Positions 40,341 to 53,199 of a DNA stretch of 64,000 nucleotides are shown piece after piece (positions within the stretch are counted from its first letter, which is position 1; every line of letters starts with the position of its first letter). The DNA comes from Mobula hypostoma (Eukaryota): assembly GCF_963921235.1 (NCBI RefSeq), contig NC_086108.1:44394001-44458000 (forward strand), written 5' to 3'. The notes under the pieces are model-generated. The model had not been told where the DNA came from. It ran no database searches and worked only from the letters and a program-made list of their open reading frames with translations. The translations under genes were made by a program, and so were the position numbers.

Positions 40341-42849
40341 GCAACACAGTCTCTTCAGTGTGTTGTCCCTTTATAAAGATGCAGGTCAAGGTATTTTTTT
40401 TCACCATCTCTATAGATCATGAATTGCATATCATAACTGCAACAGAAGTTAACAAAAAAGCCTTTTCTTGTGTCCTCTAGATCTTTGCCCAAAATGGAAT
40501 TATCTGCCAGTGGGAAACAATAATGAACCCATACATCTCTAGCTTTCAACATTCTGTGCTTTAAGAACAACCACCTCTGCCTCAGTATCACCTCTCAGCC
40601 GATGAATCATTTTAGTTAAAAATATCTGCCTCACTAGAACCTCCTGCATTATTCTTAAGGTGTAGCAAGCAGAATTGGATACATTATGCTAGTATTTTGT
40701 ATTTGATCAGCTGGGCTTCTAAAACATTTTTACTACAGGTCTAAATTTATGAATTTCGACTGCTCTCTTAACATGGCTTGCCACTTTCATGGATTTTATA
40801 TACATGTACATCCAGATTCTTTTGTTTCTGCATTTTTAGAACTCTGCCATTCAGTTTTCATTATGACTCATTCTTCTTGCTGCCAAAATTGATCGCGGTG
40901 CGCTATGCTATTAAATTTTATCTGCTGCTTGTCTTCCCATTCAGCCAGCTCATCTGTTGTCTTGAGTCTATGACTTCCTTCCTCATTAGTTACCATGCTG
41001 CCAAGCTATGTAAAATTTGCAAATTTTGTAAGTTTACCCTGTACACCCATGTTTAAGTGATATCAAATCTTTCAAAGAAGCAAGAGTTTCAATACAGAAA
41101 CTTGGGGAGCATTTGTATCTACCATCCTCTGGTCTGAAAAACAGCTAATTATGATTAATTGCTGCTTCCTGCCTTCAAGTCAAATTCTTATCTATTCTAT
41201 TTGAGATCACTTGTTGAGTGCTAGCATTTAGCAGACATTGCAAAATTCCAGGTAAATGATATCTTTTGTAGAATATTTCATAGAAAATTCGTACATTCTA
41301 AATGGATGCAAAGGCAAATAATATTTTTTAGTCTGCTGTATATAATTCGTGCTGTATTCAGGGTTGAATGGCCTTTGCCTGTAGATAGTTGAATAGGCTT
41401 AAGGAAGTAACAAGTATCCCCATACTTTGGTGTGCCCGTAGGCAACACAGGCTGAAAGAAGAGTAGGTTTCTGATAGATCACTAGCTTAATCTTCCAGCA
41501 GCAATTGGTGCCTGTCTGGGTTCAGTGCCAGGAAAACAGCAGAGCTGTTGGAGAAAAACTGGGACATGTACCATTTCTTTTGTGCATGGTGACATTCAAC
41601 GAGAGGTGGATGATGATCTCATCCTATCACAGACTCTGCTAACTAGATGACAAACAAAGAATCAACAATACTTTTGCTTCTGTTTCAACTGTATCTTTGT
41701 TTCTGGTGTTAATTTACACCGAAGTAAAACAGATTGGTGAGAAACTGGTTCATCAATTAGGATGCATGATGCCTTGTTTGGCTTGTGGTGCGTTTTGTTG
41801 AATTGCTGCTTTCAGTTTAGCTTTATCTTTAGCTTTATCAAATCAATCAATACCTGTTCCTCTCCCTCCTCTCCCCCCCCCCCCATTATATATACACAAT
41901 GGTTTCCTCTTTTCAAGACTGGGTAACATTTTCATCTCTAGGATTCAGTCTCATGTGTGATGTTTGTAGACCTTGATTGTTTCTCACATTTCTTGGTGAC
42001 CAACACTGACCTCGGCAGTTGTGACATAGAACAACGGAGACCAAAGCAAACTTCAAAATGACAGATGAATTTTGTGCTGCAAATGCAGCAAAATTATGTG
42101 GCTATGTATTCTTTTTGCTGCTCCACATTTATTGTGTTAAGTCTATTAACATCTTGTTTATAGCTTCACCATTGAACTGGTACCAGTCTCTTCTTCAATC
42201 ATTTATTACTCCTATACTTGCGGACCCATGCTGGTGGCTTCTACAGTAATGTCTTGATTTATTATTAAAATAGTTGCTCCTGTTTTCAAATCCACCCAAA
42301 GTCCTGCCTGTCCTGCCTTTGTAATCATCTGAAACATTAGTTTTCCCAGAATTAGGAAAGTGTACAGATTGTGAAAGTCTGTGATGTTTAAGGACATTAC
42401 CAAGATAGTGACAATGTTACAGAGAGAAGGTCATTGACCTGAAGCAGTTACTTTTTACCCCTTCTGCATTTCCTGAATGGTAAACTGAGTTTTCCCAGAA
42501 ATTTTAGTATTTCTGATTTCCAGCATCTATTTTTTTCCAAAGCTTGCGTGGAATTTAAACTAAAAGGTTGTTTGTTTATAAAATATTTTTGGCAAGTGAA
42601 ATGATGTGTGTTAATATAAACTGGAATTATCATGTTCCTTTGAGTTGCATTCCTGCCCTCACTACACTCCTTGGGATGTTTCATGTCACTGCTGATCTTC
42701 ATAAATATCAGAGTACAGAAGACCTAATTTTGGATGGTGATGGGGAAGGAAGTAGCTGGAGATGTATACCAGGTCAGGCACCAAGCTCGAAGAGAGAAAT
42801 GGTTAAATTATCAGGTTGACCTTTTGACAGATTTGAAGCAATTTATTTT

Positions 42850-43460
42850 GTGCTGGAGAAATTTAGGGAGCTATGCAGCTGAAGGGTGCAGTGACTTCAT
42901 GGTGAAGTTGGAATGGTCAAGAAGTCATACGGCATGCTTGACTTCATAGGCTGGACGTGAAAGGTGAGGTGTTATGTTGCAGCTTCACAAAACACTAGTT
43001 GGATCCCACTTGGATAATTATTTGCTGTTCTGGTCATCACACAATAGGAAGGATGGATGAGCTGGAGAAAGTGCAGAAGAAATTCATGAGAGTGTTCCCT
43101 GGAAGGGACGACTTTAGGATTGGCTAGTCTGGATTTGTTTGTCCAAGGAGGCTTGGGATGACGTTATTGAGGTATATAAAGTTTTAAAAAGCAAGGATAG
43201 GGTAGACAGTCAGAATCTTTTTTTTTCCCCTGTGAGAGGACAGAGGTTTCAGGTGAGAAGAACTTTTAAAGGGAACTTGAAGGATTAGTTTTTATGGTCA
43301 TCAATAGTTGCACTCACTACCAGAGGAGGTTTGGAGTCAGATACAATTGTTATATTTTAGTGGTATATTTATACAGGTATTTGAATAATCAGCACATACA
43401 AGGATACAGATTTAATGCAGACAAATGTGATGGGCCATAGGGCCTGTATAACTCTGTGAC
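42850..43460 (+). mobile_element. Old CR1 3' remnant
   Basis: Degenerate homology to 37650-38330 (gttctggtcatcacacaataggaaggat, tttcaggtgagaag, gggccatagggcctgta). Confidence 0.6.
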
Positions 43461-43537
43461 TGAGTGCTCGAGTGCTAAGGTCATGAAAGAAAATAGTGGC
43501 AGGAAAATATAACCGTGACAATGCTGTCATACATCTA

Positions 43538-44492
43538 CTGATGCTTCTGGACACATCTTCAGTGATGTTCCTGGAATCATCGGGTGTTTTGGGTCTTTCA
43601 ACATCATACAACCTCCTCCAGGTGACCCAGCCGGGGCTGATCAGACCCCAGCTTGTGTCCAGATGGCTAGCTACTTATGACTCCATGTCTCCCCTCTTTT
43701 GAGCCACAGCCATCTTGAGGCCCTCTCTGCTGCATCGGTGGTACTGTGGATGGCTCTCCTCTTCCTCTCTCCCTGGATGCCCAAATTGCTGAAGGCTGTA
43801 ACTAAGGAATGGGCTGCAAATCCCCTACAACCAACCTCCACTGGGAGATACCTCGCTCTCCATCCAGCCTGCTGACAGTTGCTGACCAGTCCTGCGTACT
43901 TGGAGAGCTTCCTTTCAAAGGCCTCTTCCAAGCGATCTTCCCATGGGACTGTCAGCTCCAGCAGCACCACTTGCTGAGTAGACTCAGACACTAGGACAAT
44001 GTCTGGTCACAGGTTGGTGGCTGCGATATGGTTAGGGAACTTCAGATGCCTTTCAAGGTCCACCAACAGCTGCCAGTCCCTTGCAGAGGTCAGAATGCCT
44101 GCAGATGTTCTTTTGGCAGGTATTGGCTGCTCCCCAGCTCTGACAAAGGCAATGGTCTGCTTGGAGGGTCGGGACCACTTCGCCCACTCAACTCCTGCGC
44201 TGACGGCTTCAGCGATGGTCTTCAGGACCTGATCATGCCTCCACCTGTACCGTCCCTCACCAAGTGCCCTTGCACAGCCGCTGAGGATGTGCTCCAGGGT
44301 TCCTCGCTTGGAGCACAGTGGGCACGCAGATGACTCTGCCTTGCCCCATGTGTGCAGGTTTGATGGGCTTGGAAGCACATTGTACACTGCTTGGATGAGA
44401 AATTGGATGCGGTGTGGTTCGGCTTTCCAAAGATCAGCCCAGGTCACTTTCCTCTCAACCGCATTCTCCCATCTTGTCCAAGTTCCCTGTTG
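43538..44492 (-). mobile_element. HERO-like non-LTR retrotransposon (RLE type), 5'-truncated
   Basis: One reading frame with a single stop: QQGTWTRWE...CPLCSKRGTLEHILSGC (CCHC)...RYRWRHDQVL...L*PDIVL...LLELTVPWE...ERKLSKY...PVEVGCRGF...RWLWLKR, i.e. a PD-(D/E)xK restriction-like endonuclease; structured 3' UTR. Confidence 0.88.
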
Positions 44493-44539
44493 TATAAATT
44501 CAAATGATTTGATATTTGCCTCTGTAATAACCTTAGAAT

Positions 44540-44880
44540 ATTTTGCTTCAATTAGGCTACTTAAGTCCTTTTGAAGTGTAGACATGTAGCTTTGTAGGAA
44601 AATGCTGCCACCATTTTTGTGCTTGGACAGATCACAAGCAACACATGAGATAAATGGTTTGTTTTTTTCATGTTGAGTGAGCTAAATGCTGGCTTGTATA
44701 CCATCAGGACAACCTTACTCTTTGAATGTTGCCAAAAGAGAGCAGATGGAGGGTTGATGTAATGTTCCATTCTTCAGTATGGCATTGAAATGTCAACCTA
44801 GATCATATGTGCAAGACCTGAAGCAGTGTTGGAAGCTACAGCTTTCTGACTTGAGTGCTATGCCAACTGAGCCAAGGATG
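44540..44880 (-). mobile_element. Degenerate DeuSINE (SacSINE1-like)
   Basis: Minus-strand head tggctcagttggcatagcactcaagtcagaaag and Deu-like end ttcctacaaag...ctacacttcaaaagg; matches the recalled shark DeuSINE layout. Confidence 0.55.
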
Positions 44881-47800
44881 ACATTCTTGGTCAAGATGGT
44901 GATGCTGAGATAGCACCTAAAGCTCCCAAAAATCTGCTTGGAAAATAGAAATTGGAATTTGGATTCTGCTGACACTTTTTTGAGTGTGTTCTCTAATTTA
45001 ACAGTGTAGTAACTGTCAAGCAAAGTAAGTATAAAACCACTGGAAAGTCCTTTAGGTTAATTAGAGGTGCATGACGACACTGGTTTTGGGCTGGTCAGCA
45101 ATTAAAAAAATAATAATAGCCGTCTTTGAGCTGGTGGAAAGGCATCATTTCCCTTTCATCTAACCAATGGCAGCTGTTGGAAACGTCCTGTGTTGTGTAA
45201 AGGACTCCTTGAGCATGGCCAAGATCGACAACAGTTTCTGATGAGGCATACTGCACTTTGTGTAGAGAGCTCATGCCAGTGTCAGGCCTGTCTACCTCAG
45301 AGTGCCACATCTCTGATTTTTGATAGTCTTCTTGTACTGCATGGAACCTTATAATGATTCAAGTACAGTGGTATTTTTCCTTCAATCTTGTTTTGCCTAT
45401 GATATTTCTTGCCTTTTTAATGTGCTTTCTCAGCCTTCCACTGGCAGGACGATTTAGCCAGCACTCAATCCTGTAGGGTGCTGTGTGGTACTTTGCCCAG
45501 ATGGGACAGCTGAGAGTTTAAATTTTGACCTTTTGGGGGTTACAAATCCCAGCCACATGTTAACAGTCATAAACTGTAACTATGCTAGTGTGGATTGCCA
45601 TTGTACTGTTAAACGTGGGCATAATCTGCCTGGTGTTAAATAGGGGAAGATTATCACCTGCAGCCTTGACGACGGTGTCCAAATACCTTTTGTTTTGCTG
45701 GACTGCTGCCATGGGGAAGAAGGATGTTGCTGAGTGTGGATCAGAGAAAAGTCTAAAGGGGACATTCCATATTTTGAGAGCTGAAGTTTGCCCCTCAAGC
45801 TTGGATATATCCAGCCATCCATATGGATGTTGTACTAATCGGAGTAGTTAAATAGAATACTTCAGTTTCATACAGAATGTAAAGCCCTGCATGCTCCAAT
45901 TCACTTGTCCTTTAGTAACCTGTTAACTGAAAGCAGGAGGTTCTTCGTTATCGCTTAAGGCTAAGCAGTAATTCCTGCAGAGAGAAATGATCGGAGTTGA
46001 TGATTAACTGATCCAGCCAGTACTGGTGAGGCAGAGATCACTGAAGTCTCTGCTTCAAGGAAAGGGGTCATTGAGAGGTTCCATGCAGTCATAGTTTTGA
46101 GGAGTTATATTAAGGAACTGTCTAAGCCTCAGTGGGAATGCTGTATGTTTGAAATGCTTCAGAGTCCCTGTCATTTCCTGCTGGTAACTTTTGCCATTTC
46201 TTTCTGAGAAATGGTTGCTCCTGTTTGCATTACCCTTATCAGATGCTGTTCTAAAGGGGCTGTCATAGTTAGCAGCAGTATAAACCAGATGAACGCAGAT
46301 TTTGTTATGTACTTACAGTATTTGTACTCTCTGTACCAGTGGGACTGCGCAAGTGTGCCTAATGCTCTCAGAGTGATATTGAATGTTGGCTGCTTTCCAA
46401 AAGAAATGCAGCAGTCTCATGAAACCCTTGTGTCTGGAGTTTACAGCATGTAACCATGGAAGGAAATTAGTACTGGTCAGCTTTGTATACCTATTCCTGT
46501 TTACTCATTCCTCCGGTAATTAGATTATTTCTTTGGTACAGTTTTCTTATCCACTGCTAAAGGTCCTGATTCATAATTGTGAAATCTTCTTGGGCTGCTC
46601 GACAAATGAAGTGCAGTTTGGTTCAACAGTTTTGTAGGATCTGAAGTGGCTGATGAGGTCAATTTGAGACCTGCAGACACTCCCACATGGGATGCTTAAC
46701 AGACAGCTGGGCAGTTGTTTTTTTTTGATGTGATTAGCTCTTTCAGGCATTTTCAGAAGCTCCTTCTGATCATCTCATTGCAATCTCAAACATCCTCATT
46801 TGTGAGCAGTTGAGCACCATGGGGTTCCATGACTCCATGGGAAAATTGAATTTTTTCATAGAGGCACTGAGCACATCAATGAATCATTCCCTCGCTGCTT
46901 CTGGTAATCACTTGCCATGGTGGAGCTCAGCGTAGGGTGTCTATTTGAGGAGTTTTGTGGTGGACATGTGAATCATTTGGAGCTGGCTAAATGTACCAAA
47001 TGATTAGATGCTCAGGATATTATGTGTGAGAGGAAGGGCAGTGTGGGTTTACTTACTAGTGGATTTGGAGGATTTTACAGAAATGATTTTGGCAGCATTT
47101 CCCTTTTACTATCCACAGCAGGGATCTCAAAAGCACATGTCGCTGAAGTAGGGATCACTACTGGCTGATGGAACATGAACTTTGGGTTGGTTGGAAGTTT
47201 TGATGTCAGACACAATTTCTCAGAAGCTCACAAGCTGTGTTGGTGCCTAGAAAGCAGTGCCTGAATTGGTTGAGAGGTTGCCCCTTAGGTGAATGATCCT
47301 GTGTTTTTTAGGGTCTTGCTGTGCTGGAGTGACCTGTGTTCTGTTTAAATAGTTTCCCACTTGTGTGGATTAGATCCAATTAAACAGAATGCTTCTTGGA
47401 TTTGAGATACAGTATTGTGGCAAGAAAGACAGAAAAGTGAGGAAATTGAGCAGCCTTGCATGACACTAGTTGGCATTAAAATTTGGTCTTTTGTGTAGTA
47501 CTAATTGTTAAAATCATAATTTGCAGGCAATAACACAGCAGATGTGGAATGGAGAAAAAATCCTGTAGGCAGCCAAATGTGGAAAAAATGTTCTCTAGTT
47601 ATCTTTGATTGACAGAATCAAGGGATTTGGTCAAAAAAGGTTTTGTGGTTGGTCCTGCTCCCAGTTTTTCTCTTGGAATTGTTATCTAGTGAACTTTGTC
47701 CTTTGCCTCCAGTTGGACGGAATCCACCAAGTTACATGGATGAGGTCACATTGGCCCAAAAGTGAACAGGGGCAAGTGTCATCACTCTCTTAGAGCAGAT

Positions 47801-48604
47801 CTCACCTGCACAATGACTAGAAGTTTGTGGTGCAACTCCATGATTACTGGCAAACTTTGAATATTGAATAGAAAATATCGAAAGTATTGGTGTAGGTGGT
47901 GTTGTGTTAAGCAGTCCCTCCAGAGTTGAAGATGGATCTAATTCTACTCCACTTGAGTAGAGAAAATATCTGTGTATGAATTCTTTTAGTGACGCTGTGA
48001 TTGTATACCAGGAGCTACGTGGACTTGGTCCAATGACAGTGGAGTTCAAGATAACTGGAAACCAAGCTCTGACGCAGAGACTGGAAACACAAAGCCATAT
48101 TCAAAATCAGTTCAATCAGTGGTGACATTATTTATGTTCATTCTTTTTCTTTGCTTTGTTTCTATTGCATGTAAGATCCTGGAGCACCACAGATTTGGTT
48201 GTCATTTTTCTTTTGCTCACTTGATGTCCATATATCAAAATTATAGGAGGTATTGTGAGGTCTTCAATCTAATTGGATCTTTTCAGTCTTCAGTATAAAA
48301 GCTGTTCATGGTATCCTCTCGCCAAGTTAGCTACGAACATCTAATTTAACCAAGACCAAAAATTGAGCTTTTATCATCTTCCCTTTAGTAAACATCCACT
48401 GATTGTGCATCCTTGTGCTTTTGCATACAGGAGTTCCCTTTAGTGATTGTAATCATGGCACTTAACTGGAGATGAATTGTTTTTCTAAAGAAGTTCAGTG
48501 GTACAATTCTAAAGTGGGAAGGTAATTGTAGAAATTGTTTTTATAAACTGATGCTAATACTTAGCTGCAGAATTCCATTTGACAATGACAACAAATTCAA
48601 AGTA

Positions 48605-49133
48605 CAGTGGATTCTGGTTCATGGGACACCTAGTGGCTATATTGAACTGCCTCATACAATGTTATCGACAGATGCATTCTCCAAATCTTCATTTTCATTG
48701 TAACATTCAAGATGATTGTGGATACCTTCAAATTCTTTCTAGTTCCTAACTTGCTGAAATAGTGAAATAGTTTTGTTTTCATTCCTGCCTGTTTCTGGCA
48801 TCTCCGAGCCTGAATGCTTGAAACTTCAGTGAGCAGAACAGTTCTGAATTGTTTTTCTGCTTATTTCTCACCAAGTATCAGTGACAAAAATGACTGTTTT
48901 TGAACACAAATCCATGCAACTGATGCTATATTAAAAACTGTTAGCTTTAAGTGTAGTGTAGTATCTAATGCCCACACAAGTGCATGCTTCTGACACTAGT
49001 TAGCAACTGTTCGGCAACAGTCTTCTGCCCCAATTAAGCGGCATAGTGCCACTGGCTATTTTCCCAATGGTCTTTGTTCCCAAATAAGCAGCTGCCCCAA
49101 TTAACTGATGGCCCAATTAACTGGAATCTACTG
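48605..49133. mobile_element. Non-autonomous pogo/Tigger-like DNA element
   Basis: TA-CAGTGGATTCTGGTT ... AACTGGAATCTACTG-TA terminal inverted repeats with TA duplication; subterminal cccaattaa repeats. Confidence 0.75.
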
Positions 49134-49431
49134 TATTGAAAATGTTCTGGCATGTAAGAATAATTCATGTGGCTCAGTAACTTGGTGGTTCCTCTTCCAC
49201 TCACCTCACTGTGAACAGTACTCTGGATGGTTGGAAATGATTAGAAGTAATGTAAACGATGAAGTTCATGTGCTACCATCCTCAATGGATGTGGCTTCTG
49301 AATTTTTGACTGCAGTTTCTCTCTGCCAGTATTCGGCTAGAATATTTTTGGTTCCATAGGCCTAGCCGTATCTCCCTCATCAGGGACATTGATTTGGACA
49401 ATGAGTCATGTGAGCCTTCAGAGTTCTCCGA

Positions 49432-50404
49432 TCACAAACGGAGAAGATCTGCAGGTGCTGGAAATCCAAGCAACACACAAAATGCTGGAGGAACTGAGCA
49501 GGCCAGGCACATCTGTAGAAAAGAGTACAGTCAATGTTTTGGGCCAAAACCCTTCAGCAGGACTGGAGGAAAAAAAAGCTGAGGAGTAGATTTAAAAGGT
49601 GGAGGGGAGGGGAGAGAGAAACACAAGGTGATAGGTGAAACCTGAAGGGGGAGGAATGAAGTAAAGAGCTGGGAAGCTGATTGGTGAAAGAGACAGAAGA
49701 TCATGGAAGAAGGAAAGTGGGGGAGGAGCACCAGAGGGAGTCTGTTGCAAGCAGAACAAGTGCTACACCTTCCCCTACACCCCCTCCCTCGCTACTGTTC
49801 AGGGCCCTAAACAGACCTTCCAGGTGAGGCGACACTTCACCTGTGAGTCTGTTGGGGTCATATACTGTGTCCAGTGCTCCAAGAGTGGCCTCCTGTATAT
49901 CGTCAGGCCTAACGTAGATCAGGAGATTGCTTCACCGAGCACCTACACTCTGTCCACCAGAAAAAGTTGCCACCTATTATAATTTCACTTCCTATTCCCA
50001 ACCTTGTATTCTGTTTGGGTAGCTTCCAACCGGATGGCATGAATATCAACTTCTCAAACTTCAGTAATGCCCCCCCCCTTCACCATTCCCCATCCCCTTT
50101 TCCCTCTCTCACCTCATCTCCCTGCCTGCCCATTGACTCCCTCCGGTGCTCCTCCCCCATTTTCCTTCTTCCATGGCCTTCTGTCTCTTTCACCAATCAA
50201 CTTCCCAGCTCTTTACTTCACCCCTCCCCCTTCAGGTTTCACCTACCACCCTGTGTTTCTCTCTCCCCTCCCTGTCTGTTAAATCTACTCCTCAGCTTTT
50301 TTTTCTCCAGTCCTGCTGAAGGGTTTTGGCCCGAAACGTTGACTGTGCCTTTTTCCATAGACGCTGCTTGGCCTGCTGAGTTCCTCTAGCATTTTGTGTG
50401 TGTT
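49432..50404 (+). mobile_element. Penelope-like element fragment with GIY-YIG remnant and inverted terminal repeat
   Basis: About 275-bp inverted arms (49470-49742 vs 50135-50404). Internal QVRRHFTCESVGVIYCVQCSKSGLLYI (49821-49901), CFTEHLHSV and LVFCLGSFQPDGMNINFSNF. 17-bp TSD ccttcagagttctYcga at 49415-49431 and 50405-50421. Confidence 0.9.
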
Positions 50405-50744
50405 CCTTCAGAGTTCTTCGAGTTCTCCCTGCTGCCATTTGCTGCAGGGGAAGACATTGCCAGGATCCCTTTTTTTTAAAAAAAAGCAGCTCTTCTGAGT
50501 AGGTGAAATAGCTCTCTGAATCTGTGTGGATTCCAGTAATTTAGGGCACTGTGAGCGTGATCTTCACGACAAGTTGAAGAAAAAAAACGGGGCGGCATCA
50601 ACCACTCTTCATGATTTTTATTTTAGACCTTGTCACAACTTTTCAATCCAATCATTAAGGTCTTTGGAACATAGTTTAGTCACCTGCAGAAATCTGCACC
50701 TAAGTTTTGCTGCATTATGGCATATAAACCACAACTTTAATCAG

Positions 50745-51196
50745 TAGGACCACAATGGACACAATCTCAATGAAGAATGGTGTCAGACAATGCTGTATCA
50801 TTGCTCCAGCAATTTTCCCCAATATTGGAGATGAGAAACAGCACTGTAGACTTCCTGATGGAGCACAACTAGTCTCCAGAACAAAAGTGAAACTGTTTAA
50901 ACGGTATCATTTGAGCTCCAAAACCAAGGTCACTTAACTTCCATCATTGAACTGCCGTCACAGACAATAATTGTGTTATGTGCATGTTCATTGGCTGAGC
51001 TCCAAGTCAATCCAATAGGCTCACTGAAGCATATGAGAAAATGACTTTATATCCTTCCAGACTCTTACACCACCCCCTACTCCAATGTGCAACACTACTC
51101 TCTCTTTCCAAAATCTTCCATTCAAGGCATTTGAGGTCCATGAAGAGATCCTGGAAAATGCTAACCCTCCCCATATCTTGGGAAACACCTCAACAA
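50745..51196 (+). mobile_element. RTE-clade LINE RT remnant, left part
   Basis: NGVRQCCIIAPAIF (GVKQGC..AP-like), SRTKVKLFK...LSSKTKVT, ILEN...PYLG-like motifs. Confidence 0.65.
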
Positions 51197-51566
51197 AAAT
51201 AATAAAATTCACTGACAATCTAGGCAAACGCGGCCTCTCTCACTGCAGCACACCTTATGTCTGCTGATCCGCGACACTGTTCACAACCAGCCTGACAGTG
51301 AAGCCCAAAAAATCTATCCCAAGCCTCCGGAATGCTCTTCTTTTATACCCTTTCCACTGATATGAAATGCTGCAGTAAGTGGATCTCTACATAATGTCAT
51401 CCCAAACCTCCAAATTTGAACCAATGATGACTTGTCAGTCCCATCCCTGTGTTCAGCTAACTTTCATGCTGTTCCCATGATTGTAATCAAAGCTTCTGCA
51501 GCCAGTATGGTTGCATTGAAACACAGTGGCGTTGAGACATCTGACAAGCATAGATTAACCCTCTAC
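51197..51566 (-). repeat. ERV 3' LTR (distal end apparently truncated)
   Basis: Colinear with 54600-54967 (cactgcagcac, ccctttccact.atatgaaatgctg.agtaagtgg, gtaatcaaagcttctgcagccag); begins TGTA on the minus strand; CCAAT at about 51421 and minus-strand TATAAAAG at about 51340-51347. Confidence 0.8.
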
Positions 51567-51599
51567 AATACATTTTGTCTGTTGCAGCCCTGCTGCATC

Positions 51600-52380
51600 C
51601 AATCTACAAGCATTAATACAACACCTGCAGATACCCCACTATACTACAAGTAAATTGCTAAACTAAGCATAAAAGCAAATGGCTATAGTAACACCCAGTG
51701 CACTACAGTAGCCCACCAACCTCCTGGCACACCAAAGGGCCACCAGCTCCTTCCTGGAGTGTAATAGTTATGGAACTGATGCTGCATCTTCCTTATCTAC
51801 AGATCATTGGATATGGTCAGCCAAATCTGTATATACTTTGACTCAAGGATGTATGTTGTACAACACTTCTGGCCCATTATAGCGTGGGTACCTCCTTCCT
51901 TTGCCAGGATTATAATCTAATGCCATTCTGTTCTGTCTGAGGCCATCAAGATGACCTCCCTGGATAACTGGGCAGGACAATACGGAGTGGGGGGCGGTGT
52001 GGTGAGTTGGAAGCTATCATCCAGAACTGATCAGCCTCCATGATGTCCCTTTTCTTGGAGATAGGGTTGTTGGCCAGGTCAATGTGATACACATATGGCA
52101 TGACATACGCCAGGTAGCAGCAGCCCAACCAGCCCATGGGGAGCCAAGGGTAGGCCTGGGAGCCGCAGACTCAGTATGTGCCATTCAACAAGGGGGGAAA
52201 GAAAGCAGTATATTCCCTTTGTCATAGTGCCACACTGCTCTATACCATTATGGTGCATAGAGGTACTCTGGCCGTTCCCCATTGGAACCTGCCCATCATA
52301 ACAGCAATGGCAATTATTCCCAGATCGTGGTGGGTGGTGCTTTCAGAACAGGGAATGGTGTGTCTGAACACTCAACAACT
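51600..52380 (-). pseudogene. env: Retroviral env remnant (SU C-terminus, cleavage site, TM)
   Basis: GWLGCCYLAYVMP, SKKR/DI cleavage-like site (about 52048-52059), ISD QNRMALDY-ILAKEGG (about 51890-51935), T(H)AIMGQKCCT as a degenerate CX6CC, then WWPFG..GGWWATVVHWVLL hydrophobic anchor. Confidence 0.85.
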
Positions 52381-52419
52381 AAAAGGGAGTGGTAGTGTGC
52401 TTCCCTACATTACAGAAGT

Positions 52420-53080
52420 TGCCACGATATTGCTGCGCCACCCACCGCGTATTGCCTGGCCCCTGCACCACAATCTCTCCCCCTCTCCAGCAGCACCGTT
52501 GATTATTGTATCCTTACCTTCCCCCACTTCTCTTTCAATTCCACCCCTCAATTTTGGTTGGCGGGGGGGTGATGGAAGAATTCAGACACTACCAAATGTC
52601 AGGGTATCAGGAACCCTCCCTGACCTGCGGTTCTGGATTTAAAGTTGCCCACTTGCCAAATCTGACTAGCCCTTCTCCGTAACTCTCCAGATCTGTCCCC
52701 GGAGGCCCACCAGCCATACCTTTGGCCTCACCTGCTGGCGAGTTGGACTGTTCACTGCTGCTCTTTTGGCTTCACCACATGTCTGCGCCACCCCTCAGAC
52801 TTTTGCCCATTTCCTTACTCCTCCTCCTCTCAGAGATGTTCACTCTTCTTGTGCCTACGCAGCCAAAAAAAACCTCTGATCTTCCTCCTTTGTGGTCGCC
52901 GTGGCTGTCATTTTCTGAGAATCTCTATCAACAGCAGCGTTGTGTGCTGCCTCCTCAGTGTGAGTGTCTGCATAGTAGACAGTGATCTGCCGCCTCTGGG
53001 TGTCGTCCCATATGTTTTCCCAATAGGATTGTCACCTATTTTGCATCTCCCGATTTTGCTAATGCCATTGGAGCATCCAT
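52420..53080 (-). pseudogene. pol: Retroviral pol remnants (RNase H C-terminus, integrase N- and C-termini)
   Basis: WMLQWH*QNR...YWENIW...ITVYYADTHTEEAAHNAAVDR (RNase H end), HKKSEHL*GGGVRKWAK (IN zinc finger start), GQIWR..QIWQV, GEIVVQGPGNTRWV (ERV-L-type IN tail). PR, RT and IN core not found. Confidence 0.7.
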
Positions 53081-53199
53081 AATCATGCGTTTCCCTTTCC
53101 CTAATGTATTACAGTAGGTACGTGAGGCTTCAGGTCTCCTGGCTGGGAAAGAGTTACTGAACGTATACTCTGGGAGCCCTGGCTGCAAGCCCTACAAAC

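Noticed and set aside
51600..52380. Captured syncytin-like env gene
   Set aside because: Frameshifts in the ISD region, first Cys of CX6CC lost, most of SU deleted; no intact ORF.
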